A DNA stretch of 64,000 bases from Deltaproteobacteria bacterium (GCA_020349945.1 CP070704.1:1993749-2057748), one strand, 5' to 3'. Positions 9,155-19,392 are shown, numbered from the stretch's first letter. Translations and numbers: made by a program. Notes: a model not told the origin generated them from the letters alone.

Positions 9155-9196
9155 ATCCCGCTTAATCTCCTTTATTGAAAATATGTCCCTGTAAGT

Positions 9197-10303
9197 CTAG
9201 TCGTCTCTTTTTCCCTGAATAAAGTCTTCTGTGAGTCTGAATGCCTCATCATCTGTATACTGTTTCGGAGGATGCTTCATGAAATATGCAGATGGAGAGC
9301 ATAAGACCCCGCCTTTACCTCTGTCGAGTGCAAGTTTGCAACATCGTATTGCATCAATAACCACTCCACCAGAATTTGGAGAGTCTTCTACTGAGAGCCG
9401 CAGCTCAATGTTCATAGGGACATCGCCGAAAAGTTTGCCTTCCATTCTGATAAAACAGATCTTATTATCTTTTTGCCATGCAACCCAATCGCTTGGGCCT
9501 ATGTGGATATTCTCTTTTTCCAATCGCTTTTCAACCAGTTGAGATTGTACTGATTCAGTCTTGGACTCTTTTTTGGATATCAGCCTGCTTTTATTGAGCA
9601 TATTCAGAAAATCGGTGTTCCCCCCTGTATTCAGCTGGTAGGTCCTTTCAAGTTTGACTCCTCTTGCCTTAAAGAGGTTTGCTAAAACCCTATGTACTAT
9701 AGTTGCACCGAGCTGAGATTTTATATCGTCGCCTATAACGGGTATTCCTTCTTTTTCAAATCTTGTACCCCATTCCGGATTACTGGCGATAAATACAGGC
9801 ATGTTGTTTATGAATCCTATTCCGGCATTAAGAGCGCATTCGGCATAAAATTTGGCGGCCTTTTCTGATCCCACTGGAACGTAATTTAAGAGCATATGAG
9901 CCCCACTATCCTTCAATAATTGAATACAGTCTTCTTTGGACGGCTCTTTTTTATCAGATAGAACGAGGGCATATTTTTCCTCATAGTCTCGCATATGCTC
10001 GGAAAAACCATCCAGTACAGCACCCATTTCCACCTTGACACCTCTCTTGGGCACATCCTTGCAAAATACCGTGGTGCAGTTTGGCAATTCAAATATGGCC
10101 TCGGAGACATCTTTGCTGACCTTTCTCTTATCTATGTCAAAGGCAGCTACTATTTCGATATCATAGGGTTTGTAAGGACCAATCTCCCAGTGCATCAACC
10201 CGATAGCATCTTTGCTATCCTTGTTTTTATAATACTCTATACCTTGAAGCAATGAACTTGCACAGTTACCAATACCGACGATAGCAATCTTAATCTTATC
10301 CAT
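9197..10303 (-). CDS. ino1: myo-inositol-1-phosphate (inositol-3-phosphate) synthase, archaeal/bacterial short type
   Basis: N-terminal Rossmann segment IKIAIVGIGNCASSLLQGIEYYK and QLNTGGNTDFLNML, at about 368 aa; both are typical of short MIPS enzymes. Confidence 0.85.
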   Translation of the reverse strand: MDKIKIAIVGIGNCASSLLQGIEYYKNKDSKDAIGLMHWEIGPYKPYDIEIVAAFDIDKRKVSKDVSEAIFELPNCTTVFCKDVPKRGVKVEMGAVLDGFSEHMRDYEEKYALVLSDKKEPSKEDCIQLLKDSGAHMLLNYVPVGSEKAAKFYAECALNAGIGFINNMPVFIASNPEWGTRFEKEGIPVIGDDIKSQLGATIVHRVLANLFKARGVKLERTYQLNTGGNTDFLNMLNKSRLISKKESKTESVQSQLVEKRLEKENIHIGPSDWVAWQKDNKICFIRMEGKLFGDVPMNIELRLSVEDSPNSGGVVIDAIRCCKLALDRGKGGVLCSPSAYFMKHPPKQYTDDEAFRLTEDFIQGKRDD

Positions 10304-10643
10304 GGGAAACCTCCTTGATCACCTTGACCTGTTTGAGAAGACAATAGGGCAGCGTAGAAGTTTGAGTTCTGGAATTCTTCTTTAAGAACTCATCTTTTGC
10401 TATTACCTCGGCGTGGTCTATCCCTTGCTAAAGGGTTCCTTGATAGTGCAAGTAGATAATCAAGTTTCATGTAGCGTTTCTTTTCTAAAAGAAAGATTTG
10501 ACGCCCTCTTTTAACAAAAACGGACATTATTTGCAAGGATTTTATACCTTAAGCGATTGTAGGAGGGGATTCGTCTTGCTATTTGACATTATGGGGTGAA
10601 GAACCTAAATTGAGCTCAATTGTGCGTATCCATGAGGCGATAT

Positions 10644-12017
10644 ATGGATGTTGGAATTGTTTTTATATATTTTTTAGGTCTGGTTTTTATCGGCAGCAGG
10701 TCCTTCAGGATTGTGAAAGGGATAAACAGTTTTTTTGTTGCAGACAGGGGCGCCTCTTTCCTTTTTATTGCTGGATCCCTTTTCGCCACTATAATTGGGG
10801 GATCTTCCACCATTGGAATGGCAGGTTTAGGGTACAGTCATGGTTTAGTAGGTTCCTGGTGGCTCCTGGTAGGAGCTATTGGACTTTTTTTTCTGGGCCT
10901 TTTCTTGGCAGAAAAGGTGAGGGGGTACTCTCTGTATACGTTACCGGAAATTCTTGAGGTCCAGTACGGTCCTGAAGCAAAACTCTTTGCCTCAGGGTTG
11001 ATAGTCATTGCCTGGATGGGTATCATTGCAGGCCAGATAGTAGCTGCAGGAAAGATTCTGGAGGCCATTTTGAATGTACCACCATCCATTTTAATGATTA
11101 TTACCACATCTGTGTTTATCATTTATACTCTGTTAGGGGGCCAACATTCAGTAGTTCGCACGGATACAATCCAGAGCCTGATCATTGTTATCGCAATTCT
11201 CGTCTCGATTCCCCTTTGTCTTGGCAAGGTAGGGGGGGTTTTTTTGATGAGAGAGGCACTTGGACATGACTACTTTTCCTTTCCAGTAAGCCAGCATTTT
11301 ACATGGAAAACGTTGGCTACATATCTATTTTTAGTTGGGTCGACCTATGTTGTAGGCCCCGATATCTACTCGAGGCTCTTCTGTGCTAAGGACAAAAAGG
11401 TCGCCAAGGATGCTACGATGACTGTAGCCCTGACATTAATACCGTTTGCCTTTGCTATCGTTATGATAGGTATGTCGGCCAGGGTATTATTTCCTCAGAT
11501 TAATCCTGAGGCCTCCTTTCCGACAATGATCAAGCATCTGTTCCCGATAGGATTAAGTGGGCTCGTTATTGCAGCGCTCCTTTCTGCGATGATGTCGTCT
11601 GCAGATACATGCCTTTTGACAACCAGTACGATACTATCAGTTGATATAGTGAAGGCATTTTTGGGACCGGCTATACCGGAGAGAAGACTGCTTTTGCTTT
11701 CCCGTTTCTTTATCGTAGTGATAGGTATCTTTTCTCTATTTCTTGCAGTAAGGCTGAGGGGAGTTATCCCATCTCTCCTTCTTGGCTATACTGTTTACAC
11801 CTCCGGACTCGTTTTTCCTGTTCTTCTCGGTTTTTACGGGCATAGACTTAGGCTGAACAAGGAGGGTGCGATCTCAGCAATGGTGACAGGAGGGGGATTG
11901 GCATTGATTGGGAAGCTTATGGAATTGAGTGATTTTGGGCTATTCGGCTTTTTTCTATCTGGCATTATCCTGATACTAGGAAGCCGATTTATAGTATTTG
12001 TAAGAAATATGACATAA
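10644..12017 (+). CDS. Sodium:solute symporter family (SSF) transporter
   Basis: Polytopic protein with an N-terminus (MDVGIVFIYFLGLVFIGSRSF....FFVADRG) typical of SSF members. The ORF opens at 10620; ATG 10644 (or 10632) fits the family N-terminus better. Confidence 0.75.
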   Translation: MDVGIVFIYFLGLVFIGSRSFRIVKGINSFFVADRGASFLFIAGSLFATIIGGSSTIGMAGLGYSHGLVGSWWLLVGAIGLFFLGLFLAEKVRGYSLYTLPEILEVQYGPEAKLFASGLIVIAWMGIIAGQIVAAGKILEAILNVPPSILMIITTSVFIIYTLLGGQHSVVRTDTIQSLIIVIAILVSIPLCLGKVGGVFLMREALGHDYFSFPVSQHFTWKTLATYLFLVGSTYVVGPDIYSRLFCAKDKKVAKDATMTVALTLIPFAFAIVMIGMSARVLFPQINPEASFPTMIKHLFPIGLSGLVIAALLSAMMSSADTCLLTTSTILSVDIVKAFLGPAIPERRLLLLSRFFIVVIGIFSLFLAVRLRGVIPSLLLGYTVYTSGLVFPVLLGFYGHRLRLNKEGAISAMVTGGGLALIGKLMELSDFGLFGFFLSGIILILGSRFIVFVRNMT

Positions 12018-12024
12018 GGTGAGT

Positions 12025-13077
12025 CTATCTATCATGAACAGGAAACAGATGTCTCTGCCCTTGCTGTCTATCATCGATATCCTTACCTTTATTTCCTGCC
12101 TTAACAGAGGAGTCTCCCTTAAAGAGATATCGCTGGAATAGAGTATTAAAGACCGTCCACAACCCCTCCTGTCTGTCATCCTTCAAGAACCTGCTCAATC
12201 CGTTGATCTTGGCATCCATGTCATCTATGAGATGAAGGGCAAAGGCCTCAAGGAACTTTGGCCTTTTTGGAGATCCAAGGTCAAATTCACCATGGTGACT
12301 CAGGATAAGGTGCTTAAGGCGAAGGGCAAGTTCAGAGGGGAAATCTTTCAGGGTTCTCAATTTTTCCTCCACCATCAAGACGCCTAAGACAATATGTCCC
12401 AAGAGTCTTCCCTTATCTGAGTAATCTATGTTCACCTTAAAGTTAAGCTCATCGATCTTGCCTATGTCGTGAAGTATGGCCCCGGATAGGAGAAGATCAC
12501 CATCTAGGTCAGGATAGTGCTCGGTCACCAGTACTGCCATCTGAGACACTGAGAGGGTATGCTCCAGGAGTCCACCACGATAGCTATGATGGAAAGTTTT
12601 TGCTGCTGGTGCCTTCTTAAATTGTAAGATAAATTCATGATCGGCCATAAAGGATTCGATTAAGGTTCTCAGATGCCTGTTTTCTATTCGGTAAGTCAGG
12701 TCTTTGAGCTCAGAGAACATTTCTGGTACGTCCTTGGGTGTAGACTCCTGAAAAATGGCGGGATCAACAGGGGATTTATTCTGTACTAGTTCATGTATCT
12801 GTATCTGGATCTGGTTCCTGTAGGTACTTGCCTGCCCAGTTATGGTAACGATATCACCTTCTTTAAACTGAGTAGATATCTCTTCTGCCCTATCCCAGAC
12901 CCTGGCCTCAACTGCCCCCGTTCTATCAGCCAAGGTAAGGGTGAGAAATGTGTTTCCCTGTCTGGTTTGAGAAACTGTCTTGCTTGTAACCAGATAATCT
13001 CCTTCAACCCTAACAGTTTCCTGGATATCTTTAATCCAGATATGCGGTGTTTGCCTAGCTTTTTGCTCGATATCCAT
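12025..13077 (-). CDS. YhaM-family 3'-5' exoribonuclease (OB-fold plus HD domain)
   Basis: An N-terminal OB-fold segment (GNTFLTLTLADRTGAVEARVWD) followed by an HD domain (HHSYRGGLLEHTL, ILHDIGK). Confidence 0.75.
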   Translation of the reverse strand: MDIEQKARQTPHIWIKDIQETVRVEGDYLVTSKTVSQTRQGNTFLTLTLADRTGAVEARVWDRAEEISTQFKEGDIVTITGQASTYRNQIQIQIHELVQNKSPVDPAIFQESTPKDVPEMFSELKDLTYRIENRHLRTLIESFMADHEFILQFKKAPAAKTFHHSYRGGLLEHTLSVSQMAVLVTEHYPDLDGDLLLSGAILHDIGKIDELNFKVNIDYSDKGRLLGHIVLGVLMVEEKLRTLKDFPSELALRLKHLILSHHGEFDLGSPKRPKFLEAFALHLIDDMDAKINGLSRFLKDDRQEGLWTVFNTLFQRYLFKGDSSVKAGNKGKDIDDRQQGQRHLFPVHDR

Positions 13078-13369
13078 GTGAGCCTATATTTTTCTTTATG
13101 AGATGCACCCCGCTGACAGGTCCACCCTATGAGAGTGCGTCACGCTAGAAAACAAGGACGACATTCAAACTATTACCTGCTTTTTCGCAGCTCGTGTAAT
13201 GCCCCACGTGAAATCTAACAGGTTTACCTGAATTTCTTAGCAGAGAAATGTATGCATGTCCAAGAAGCCTTTCCCCTCCCTCATCCTTACCCTTATGCCC
13301 AAGCGATGAATACTTGACACATGCTGAGTCAATAGAAGGGGTATGCATGCTTCTTGCAATCTAGGGAAC

Positions 13370-13954
13370 CTAACGCTCAGGTTCCGTGTTCAGTTCTTTT
13401 CCTATGGAATATGCCTTGCCTAGAAATTCACCAACTCCGTAGTAGGCACGATATTCTGGTGCATATAGGAACGGTTTCACCTTTTCAATAGCAGGAAGCC
13501 CATTTTCCCCAAGTACAGCTTCTTCGGCCTTGATATCCAAGATTTCACCGATAAATTGCGTGTGTAATCCTATTTCAAAGGTATGGAGGAGTTTGCATTC
13601 CAAAACAAAGCTAAACTCTTCGACATAAGGGGCATTCACAAGTTCGCTCTTAACTGGGGTAAGCCCGGTAGCAGAGAACTTATCCTTGTTTTTCCCTGAA
13701 ACCATACCGAAATAATCAACTTCCTTGATATGATCTTGAGAAGGAATGCTGATTGTAAAAGCTCTGTGCTCAATAATGTTACTATACGTATAAGTAGCGT
13801 TCCTGAGAGAGACCGAGACACAGGGAGGACGAGAGCAGCAAATCCCTGCCCAGGCAGCGGTCATTACGTTTGGTCTTCCAGCCTTGTCATATGTTCCCAC
13901 AACAAAGACCGGGGTCGGGTAAACCATCGGCTTTGCGCCTATTGACTTTTTCAT
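13370..13954 (-). CDS. Flavin reductase-like (FMN-binding split-barrel) protein
   Basis: 194 aa. [23 protein letters not shown] is typical of flavoredoxin/flavin-reductase domain proteins. Confidence 0.7.
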   Translation of the reverse strand: MKKSIGAKPMVYPTPVFVVGTYDKAGRPNVMTAAWAGICCSRPPCVSVSLRNATYTYSNIIEHRAFTISIPSQDHIKEVDYFGMVSGKNKDKFSATGLTPVKSELVNAPYVEEFSFVLECKLLHTFEIGLHTQFIGEILDIKAEEAVLGENGLPAIEKVKPFLYAPEYRAYYGVGEFLGKAYSIGKELNTEPER

Positions 13955-14871
13955 GTCTTCCTCCTGCGGTTTTGATCAATGATGCGAGGCTTCGCCGTAT
14001 TTTTTAGATCCTTTACAGGATTCACCAATGGCTGAAAGCCGTCGATCCAGCACTCTACCTTGTCTCCTTCACTAATGGGGACAGCTCCCGGTGTCCCGGT
14101 AGAAATGACGTCCCCTGGCAGCATGGTCATGATCCTGGAGTGGAAGGAGACCAGAAGGTCTGGTGGAAAAGTCATATTAGCCACGACGTTACGAGCATGT
14201 ACCTGTCCATTAATAACGGTGGCCACATTCAGCCCCATAACGTCCTCGATTTCATCGGGTGTCAACAGCAGTGAACCGAAGCTGAAGAATGTGTCAAAGC
14301 TCTTGGACATGGTCAAGTAACGGGGATTTTTGCGGAGAATGTCCTCCGCCGTCATGTCGAGGATTGTGGTGAACCCCGCCACCACGCTTAGCCAGTCTTT
14401 CCGTTCTACGTCCTTGCATTTTCTTCCGATGATGACACCAAGTTCGCCTTCGGCCGTTGTGCTTTTCGACTGCAGGGGAATCTCAATATAGTCCCCGTGG
14501 CCAATTATGGTGGTGTCCGGCTTCATGAAACTGGCAGGCTCAATAGTGGGTGCCTTCTCTGAGAGATCCGATGCATGTTCCTGATAGTTCAACCCGATCC
14601 CCCAGATTTTTCGCGGTTTGCGGTACAGGGGAGCAAATTCTACCTGATCATACATAATCGCCTGGTCCTTTAGTGTGCCCAGTTCTTCCTGACCTCCTGA
14701 ACGGTACCATCCATTTAGCTCTTCAAGTTTCCCCGACTGGATCAGTTTCAGCATCTCTAATGGCCAGGTTTGGTTACATTGCCGATTGATGCTTTCCATT
14801 GGCACAAAACCGAATGAAGTGTCCACCCACACTCTCTCAGTATCTCTGTCTTTGATTGTGGCCAATTTCAT
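13951..14871 (-). CDS. Fumarylacetoacetate hydrolase (FAH) family protein
   Basis: [20 protein letters not shown] and [12 protein letters not shown] are FAH-fold motifs. It overlaps the downstream gene by 4 nt. Confidence 0.8.
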   Translation of the reverse strand: MKLATIKDRDTERVWVDTSFGFVPMESINRQCNQTWPLEMLKLIQSGKLEELNGWYRSGGQEELGTLKDQAIMYDQVEFAPLYRKPRKIWGIGLNYQEHASDLSEKAPTIEPASFMKPDTTIIGHGDYIEIPLQSKSTTAEGELGVIIGRKCKDVERKDWLSVVAGFTTILDMTAEDILRKNPRYLTMSKSFDTFFSFGSLLLTPDEIEDVMGLNVATVINGQVHARNVVANMTFPPDLLVSFHSRIMTMLPGDVISTGTPGAVPISEGDKVECWIDGFQPLVNPVKDLKNTAKPRIIDQNRRRKT

Positions 14872-14965
14872 ACTGTATCTCGTTTACTATCATACCTTAA
14901 GTGGCGTTTATAAGCGAGCCTTCCCTGCATTGGTGCTTTCAGTAAATCAAGTACGGTTGTGGTGC

Positions 14966-15919
14966 TTAATGAATCCAGGGGAGATTTGCCAAGTCGACGT
15001 TGCCGCCCGAAAGGATAACCCCAATTCGCTTTCCCGAGAGCCCTGTGCGTTTGGTCAATAATGCCCCCAATGGGACTGCGGCTGAAGGTTCTACGATTAT
15101 TTTCATTCTCTCCCAAATGTAGCACATCGCTTTAACTATTGCCTCCTCACTCACAGTAAAAATGTCCTTGACGTATCTTCTTATAATGGGAAATGTAAGG
15201 TCGCCAAGGGATGTGCGGAGTCCGTCTGCTATAGTATCGGGGTTATTTGCAGGAATAAGCCTGCCGAGGTGAAAAGAACGATATGCATCGTCGGCCCTTT
15301 GAGGCTCTGCAGCAATGATAAGAGTCTGTGGTGATATTGTAGAAACGGCTATTGCAGTTCCACTCAGCAAACCTCCTCCACCCACCGGGGCCATCACTAT
15401 ATCAAGGCCTGGAATCTCCTCGCAGAGCTCTAGTGCAGCAGTTCCCTGCCCTGAAATTACTCGATAGTCATTGTACGGATGGATGAAAGCAGCACCGGTG
15501 ACATCGAGAACCTTACGCAGACCTTGCTCACGAGCCTCGAGCGTCGGTTTGCACACCATGATCTCCGCCCCGTAGTGAGCCACTGCATCCCTTTTTACAT
15601 GAGGAGCATTTTCCGGCATTACTACATACGCCTTAATCCCTCGCCAGCGGGCAGCAAGAGCCAGAGCAGCCGCATGATTCCCAGATGAGTGCGTGGCTAC
15701 CCCCCGAGAGGCTTCTTTGACCCCGAGGGCGAACACCGCATTGGCTGCCCCTCGGATTTTAAAGGCACCTGCCTTTTGGAAGTTCTCACACTTAAAGAAT
15801 AGCTCCATTTTACACATTTGATTAAGACTGCTACAGGTGAGAACAGGAGTAAGGTGAACAAAAGGCTTAATCCGCTCAGAGGCCTCTCTGATCTCCTTTA
15901 TCGTTGGTTCATTCATCAT
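14966..15919 (-). CDS. PLP-dependent threonine/serine dehydratase-like enzyme (fold-type II; serine racemase / hydroxyaspartate ammonia-lyase-like)
   Basis: The PLP-lysine motif FKCENFQKAGAFKIRGA, plus HSSGNHAAALA and GGGGLLSG. Confidence 0.8.
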   Translation of the reverse strand: MMNEPTIKEIREASERIKPFVHLTPVLTCSSLNQMCKMELFFKCENFQKAGAFKIRGAANAVFALGVKEASRGVATHSSGNHAAALALAARWRGIKAYVVMPENAPHVKRDAVAHYGAEIMVCKPTLEAREQGLRKVLDVTGAAFIHPYNDYRVISGQGTAALELCEEIPGLDIVMAPVGGGGLLSGTAIAVSTISPQTLIIAAEPQRADDAYRSFHLGRLIPANNPDTIADGLRTSLGDLTFPIIRRYVKDIFTVSEEAIVKAMCYIWERMKIIVEPSAAVPLGALLTKRTGLSGKRIGVILSGGNVDLANLPWIH

Positions 15920-15944
15920 TCGACCCTATTTCTAGGGCAGATTC

Positions 15945-16751
15945 TCACCTCTTGACGCTAGTTTCTGTCAATAACGAATATTCTCTTGGTCTTCGATCCC
16001 CGAATACGTCATTTCTTGGTGTAACCATTTTGTCTCTTGCCATAGTAATATCAATATCTTTGAGTCCAACCTCTTCTTTTATCTGGGAGGCTTGGACAAC
16101 TACGTCACCCTCTGGATTTGCAATTGTTGAAAGACCTGTAAATGAGAGATTCCCCTCAGTTCCAATCCTATTTGCGGTAACAACGTAAACACGATTGATA
16201 AGCGCATGGATTGGAACTGCCCTCTGGGCAAATCCTGGTAATACGAGATTTGAAGGATGACAGATGATTTCTGCACCTCTGAGAGCCAATATCCTCCATA
16301 CTTCTGGAAATATCCAGTCAAAGCAAACAAGCATACCTATCTTGCATAATCCTATATTGAAAACTGGTAGGCCTAAGTTGCCTGGCTTAAAATAGTCCTT
16401 TTCATTCATAAATAGATGGAGCTTACGATATGTGCCAATATAACCTTGAGGGCCTACAAGTATGGCCGAGTTATACAAGACTTGCTTATCTCTTTCATTA
16501 AATCCAGATACAATGTAAAAGTCGAACTGTTCGCACTTAGATTTCAAATACTGCACAAAAACACTATCTTCTACCTCTTCCGATGTCTCCCATGCCTGTT
16601 CGTAAGAATGAAAGTTATAGCCAGAATTACATAATTCCGGTAATACCAAGATGTCTGCAATTTCACAATGACGAATTAACCTCTCAATTTTCTGAATCGT
16701 TGCCTGGACATCACCCAATACAGGTGCAAGTTGAATAAAACTGATCTTCAA
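15945..16751 (-). CDS. Carbon-nitrogen hydrolase (nitrilase superfamily)
   Basis: Glu-Lys-Cys triad contexts are present: ILVLPELCNSGY, YRKLHLF and GMLVCFDWIFPE. Confidence 0.8.
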   Translation of the reverse strand: MKISFIQLAPVLGDVQATIQKIERLIRHCEIADILVLPELCNSGYNFHSYEQAWETSEEVEDSVFVQYLKSKCEQFDFYIVSGFNERDKQVLYNSAILVGPQGYIGTYRKLHLFMNEKDYFKPGNLGLPVFNIGLCKIGMLVCFDWIFPEVWRILALRGAEIICHPSNLVLPGFAQRAVPIHALINRVYVVTANRIGTEGNLSFTGLSTIANPEGDVVVQASQIKEEVGLKDIDITMARDKMVTPRNDVFGDRRPREYSLLTETSVKR

Positions 16752-17321
16752 TATTTCCCCCTGCTATGGTTCACTATCTTTTAAATACTAGGCAATGGAG
16801 GACTTTATTATAAGTTCTCGTCAGTGATTGTTTCATTTCCCTTTTAACAACTTCAATCACAGACATTTCTACCAAGAACCTCCTCCACAGGTCTGAAAAT
16901 GTTTTGGCAGAGTTTAGACCATACTGGTGTTTGCGGATTTTATATCGTCTCAGCCACAAACACAGTTATATAACCTTGTTTTATGAGATTTTGCAACCTT
17001 GAGTCCATGCATCGCTTCCAATCTCTGTGACATAATGCCTATTTTAACGTCTCAGGTTTTTCGCAGTATCATAATATAGCAGGATCGTTCCCCAGAGATT
17101 CCTTCTAAAGCTATAAATCCTCGGAGCAGCGGCAATCAGGTGTGCATGGTTCTCGAGGGATCCTCGAGCAGCTGAAGCCGCTCTCAAGGAGGTCAAAAGG
17201 GATTTTGAATACCTGGAGTGAATCGTTCTTCTGGTATGGAGGTATGTGCTAAGGAGACTTGATTGGGCTTTTGCCCGCTTCTCTTTGGGTAATTCTTATC
17301 AGGGCCTCTTTGGCCTCGTTC

Positions 17322-17761
17322 TTACACGGCCTGTTGCTCTGTTTCTCCCTTGATTCTGGCCAGACACTGAATCGCCCTTTTCTGAACGGCAATATCTGAA
17401 TCATCGAGGAGACCGAGGTACAATTTTTCACCCCTACCACCCATGATCTTGTAATATACCCCCAAGGCTTCTTCTCTGAGAAGAGGGTTTTCATGATTCA
17501 GATAGGTCTGCAGGGTTTTTGCAAGGGGTTGAATCCACTCATCACACTTTATTTTTTTTGGATTGTGTGGTTTCGGCGAGATCGCCAGCGGACCTTGCGC
17601 TTTATGGACAGGAATTCTTCATTGAAAATATATGAGCTGTTGAAGATGCCCCTTTCTCGGAGAGCCCGGCTGAACCGTCCCTTATCGCTTTTTTCGTGGG
17701 TTTCGAAAAAAATCGGTTCGCCCATGAGGTCCACGAAATTTCTGAATTCCGTCTGAGTCAT
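17322..17761 (-). pseudogene. Frame-split ORF with a HEAT-like C-terminus (probable decayed gene or sequencing frameshift)
   Basis: Frame A reads ...MTQTEFRNFVDLMGEPIFFETHEKSDKGRFSRALRERGIFNSSYIFNEE and then runs into a basic tail ending at 17549. A second frame, open from about 17640 to a stop at 17322, reads ...CDEWIQPLAKTLQTYLNHENPLLREEALGVYYKIMGGRGEKLYLGLLDDSDIAVQKRAIQCLARIKGETEQQAV* (HEAT-like). The two frames overlap around a T8 run at 17552-17559. Confidence 0.35.
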
Positions 17762-17906
17762 ACTATGTTTAAGGGTTAAGCTAATCAGATCTTCCCGCTC
17801 GAGGAATAATGAAAGACCTTCGGGCTTATGGGAGTGGAAAGTGGGCGTGGATGCCAGAGCTTTGAAGGGATATGAATAGAATATGATGCGCAACTGACAT
17901 ATGCCC

Positions 17907-18407
17907 TTATGCAAGATATTGTTTTTGACTCCTGAGAGCGAAGGAATACTTGTCAACAGCACGTGAAACTGCAAGCACACCATCCAGATGATCGCATTCA
18001 TGTTGCAGTAGCTCTGAAAGATTACCTTCCAAGATCATCGCCTGTTCTCTCCAGTCGATGTCTCTATAGTGTATCCTGCACGTTTTGTGTCTTTGAACTT
18101 TTACGAGTAGGTCGGGAAAACTCATGCAGTCGTCCCAAAGCTGGACCATCTCTGAACCTTTTTGGTCAATCCTGGGATTGATAAAGACAACCGGCCTGTC
18201 AATATGCATATAGATCAGTCTTTTCTTTACATCGATTTGAGGGGCTGCAACTGCCCGACCTACTCCATGTTTGGACCGGAAGTCCATCAGGGTATCATGC
18301 AGATCTTGAACCAGGTTCTGAAGCGAATCCAGCTCATCTTTGTCAACAGAGATTGATGTTTCATACAACTTGGGATTTCCGAGAAGGAGAATTTGTTTTA
18401 CCGTCAT
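17907..18407 (-). CDS. def: Peptide deformylase-like protein with divergent motifs 1 and 2
   Basis: 166 aa. Motif 3 is QHECDHLDG (HExxH). Motif 2 is DDCMS (canonical EGCLS). Motif 1 is GRAVAAPQ (canonical GxGLAAxQ). Confidence 0.75.
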   Translation of the reverse strand: MTVKQILLLGNPKLYETSISVDKDELDSLQNLVQDLHDTLMDFRSKHGVGRAVAAPQIDVKKRLIYMHIDRPVVFINPRIDQKGSEMVQLWDDCMSFPDLLVKVQRHKTCRIHYRDIDWREQAMILEGNLSELLQHECDHLDGVLAVSRAVDKYSFALRSQKQYLA

Positions 18408-18480
18408 TTTACCTCCTTATGCCAAACATCCCTGGGTTATTAAGAATGAGGTGTCCTCGAGGCACAGTATTATCTCTGCA

Positions 18481-19392
18481 CTATTTTATAGCCTTTTCTA
18501 ATAGCTCCAATATGCTTTCAGTTCCAACCAGATGGCCGGCACCAACGATTACGAGAACATTGTCATTTTGCTTCATCAGATCCGTAATTTGCGATGCCCA
18601 TTTTCTGTTTCTCTGGACAATAAAGCGGTCATACATATCAGGGTGCTCTTTGAAGCCTATTTTTATAATTGAATCGAGCTTATCAACATCACCTGTTTTC
18701 CAGGAGTCCGCCATTTCGGAGGCCATTGTCTCTACAACCTCAAGCTCTTTTAGCGTCTGCCTCAGAAACGACTCTTGCTCGGTTTTACCCATTTTCGTGA
18801 AAAGCCCCAGCTGATATTCAGGGGTTTCCAAAAAGATTATTTCTTTTCCATCCTTATTAGCCTTATTTAAAAAGTACGTATCTACGCCGTAACGTGAATG
18901 GAACCCTAACCTTTGGAGCTCCATAGAGGTTAGTATTAGGGCACAAAGCCATGGCTTGAAACGATCAAATTCGGAAAGCGACAGACCAACTGCATTAACC
19001 TTCTTCTTAAGTAATCCATAGGTTTGCTCAGAGACGTTCTGCTTTAGCGTTTGAGCATCTGGATAAAGGCCAAGGCTTATCACCGTAGCTTGAAACCCCG
19101 GGTCATTTATACGATCTAAGTCAGTTTCCAGTACAATTTTTTTACAATCACTGTAGGCCTCCTCAATTTCCTTATCTAAGGGAAAGGCGTCGCTTTTTAG
19201 GACGTGGAGGGATCCTAGCAGATAGATGGTATTTTCTCCTGTTTCGATGCACCAAAGGAAATTGTTCTTTCTCTTAACTTGAAGGCTCTCTTGCGCACAG
19301 GTTATATTAACAAATGTCCAGTAGCAGGCCAATAATAGGAAGATAAACAGCCATTGACGCCTATTCCGGCTAAAAGTCCACTTTATAACCAT
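18481..19392 (-). CDS. TraB/GumN family protein with an N-terminal signal/anchor
   Basis: FLWCIETGENTIYLLGSLHV and IVGAGHLVG are the TraB/GumN signature regions. Confidence 0.75.
   Translation of the reverse strand: MVIKWTFSRNRRQWLFIFLLLACYWTFVNITCAQESLQVKRKNNFLWCIETGENTIYLLGSLHVLKSDAFPLDKEIEEAYSDCKKIVLETDLDRINDPGFQATVISLGLYPDAQTLKQNVSEQTYGLLKKKVNAVGLSLSEFDRFKPWLCALILTSMELQRLGFHSRYGVDTYFLNKANKDGKEIIFLETPEYQLGLFTKMGKTEQESFLRQTLKELEVVETMASEMADSWKTGDVDKLDSIIKIGFKEHPDMYDRFIVQRNRKWASQITDLMKQNDNVLVIVGAGHLVGTESILELLEKAIK

Noticed and set aside
10583-10957. A 124-aa ORF in an alternative frame at the 5' end of the symporter gene
   Set aside because: It is a Trp/Cys/Phe/Arg-rich out-of-frame translation of the symporter's hydrophobic N-terminus.
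13145-13348. A 67-aa ORF in the yhaM / flavin-reductase spacer
   Set aside because: Its composition and lack of an RBS or motifs argue against coding. The region more likely holds the yhaM promoter and the upstream operon's terminator.
16774-16959. A 61-aa TTG-initiated ORF just upstream of the nitrilase-like gene
   Set aside because: It has no RBS, no recognisable motif and a basic, low-information sequence. It is probably non-coding leader DNA.
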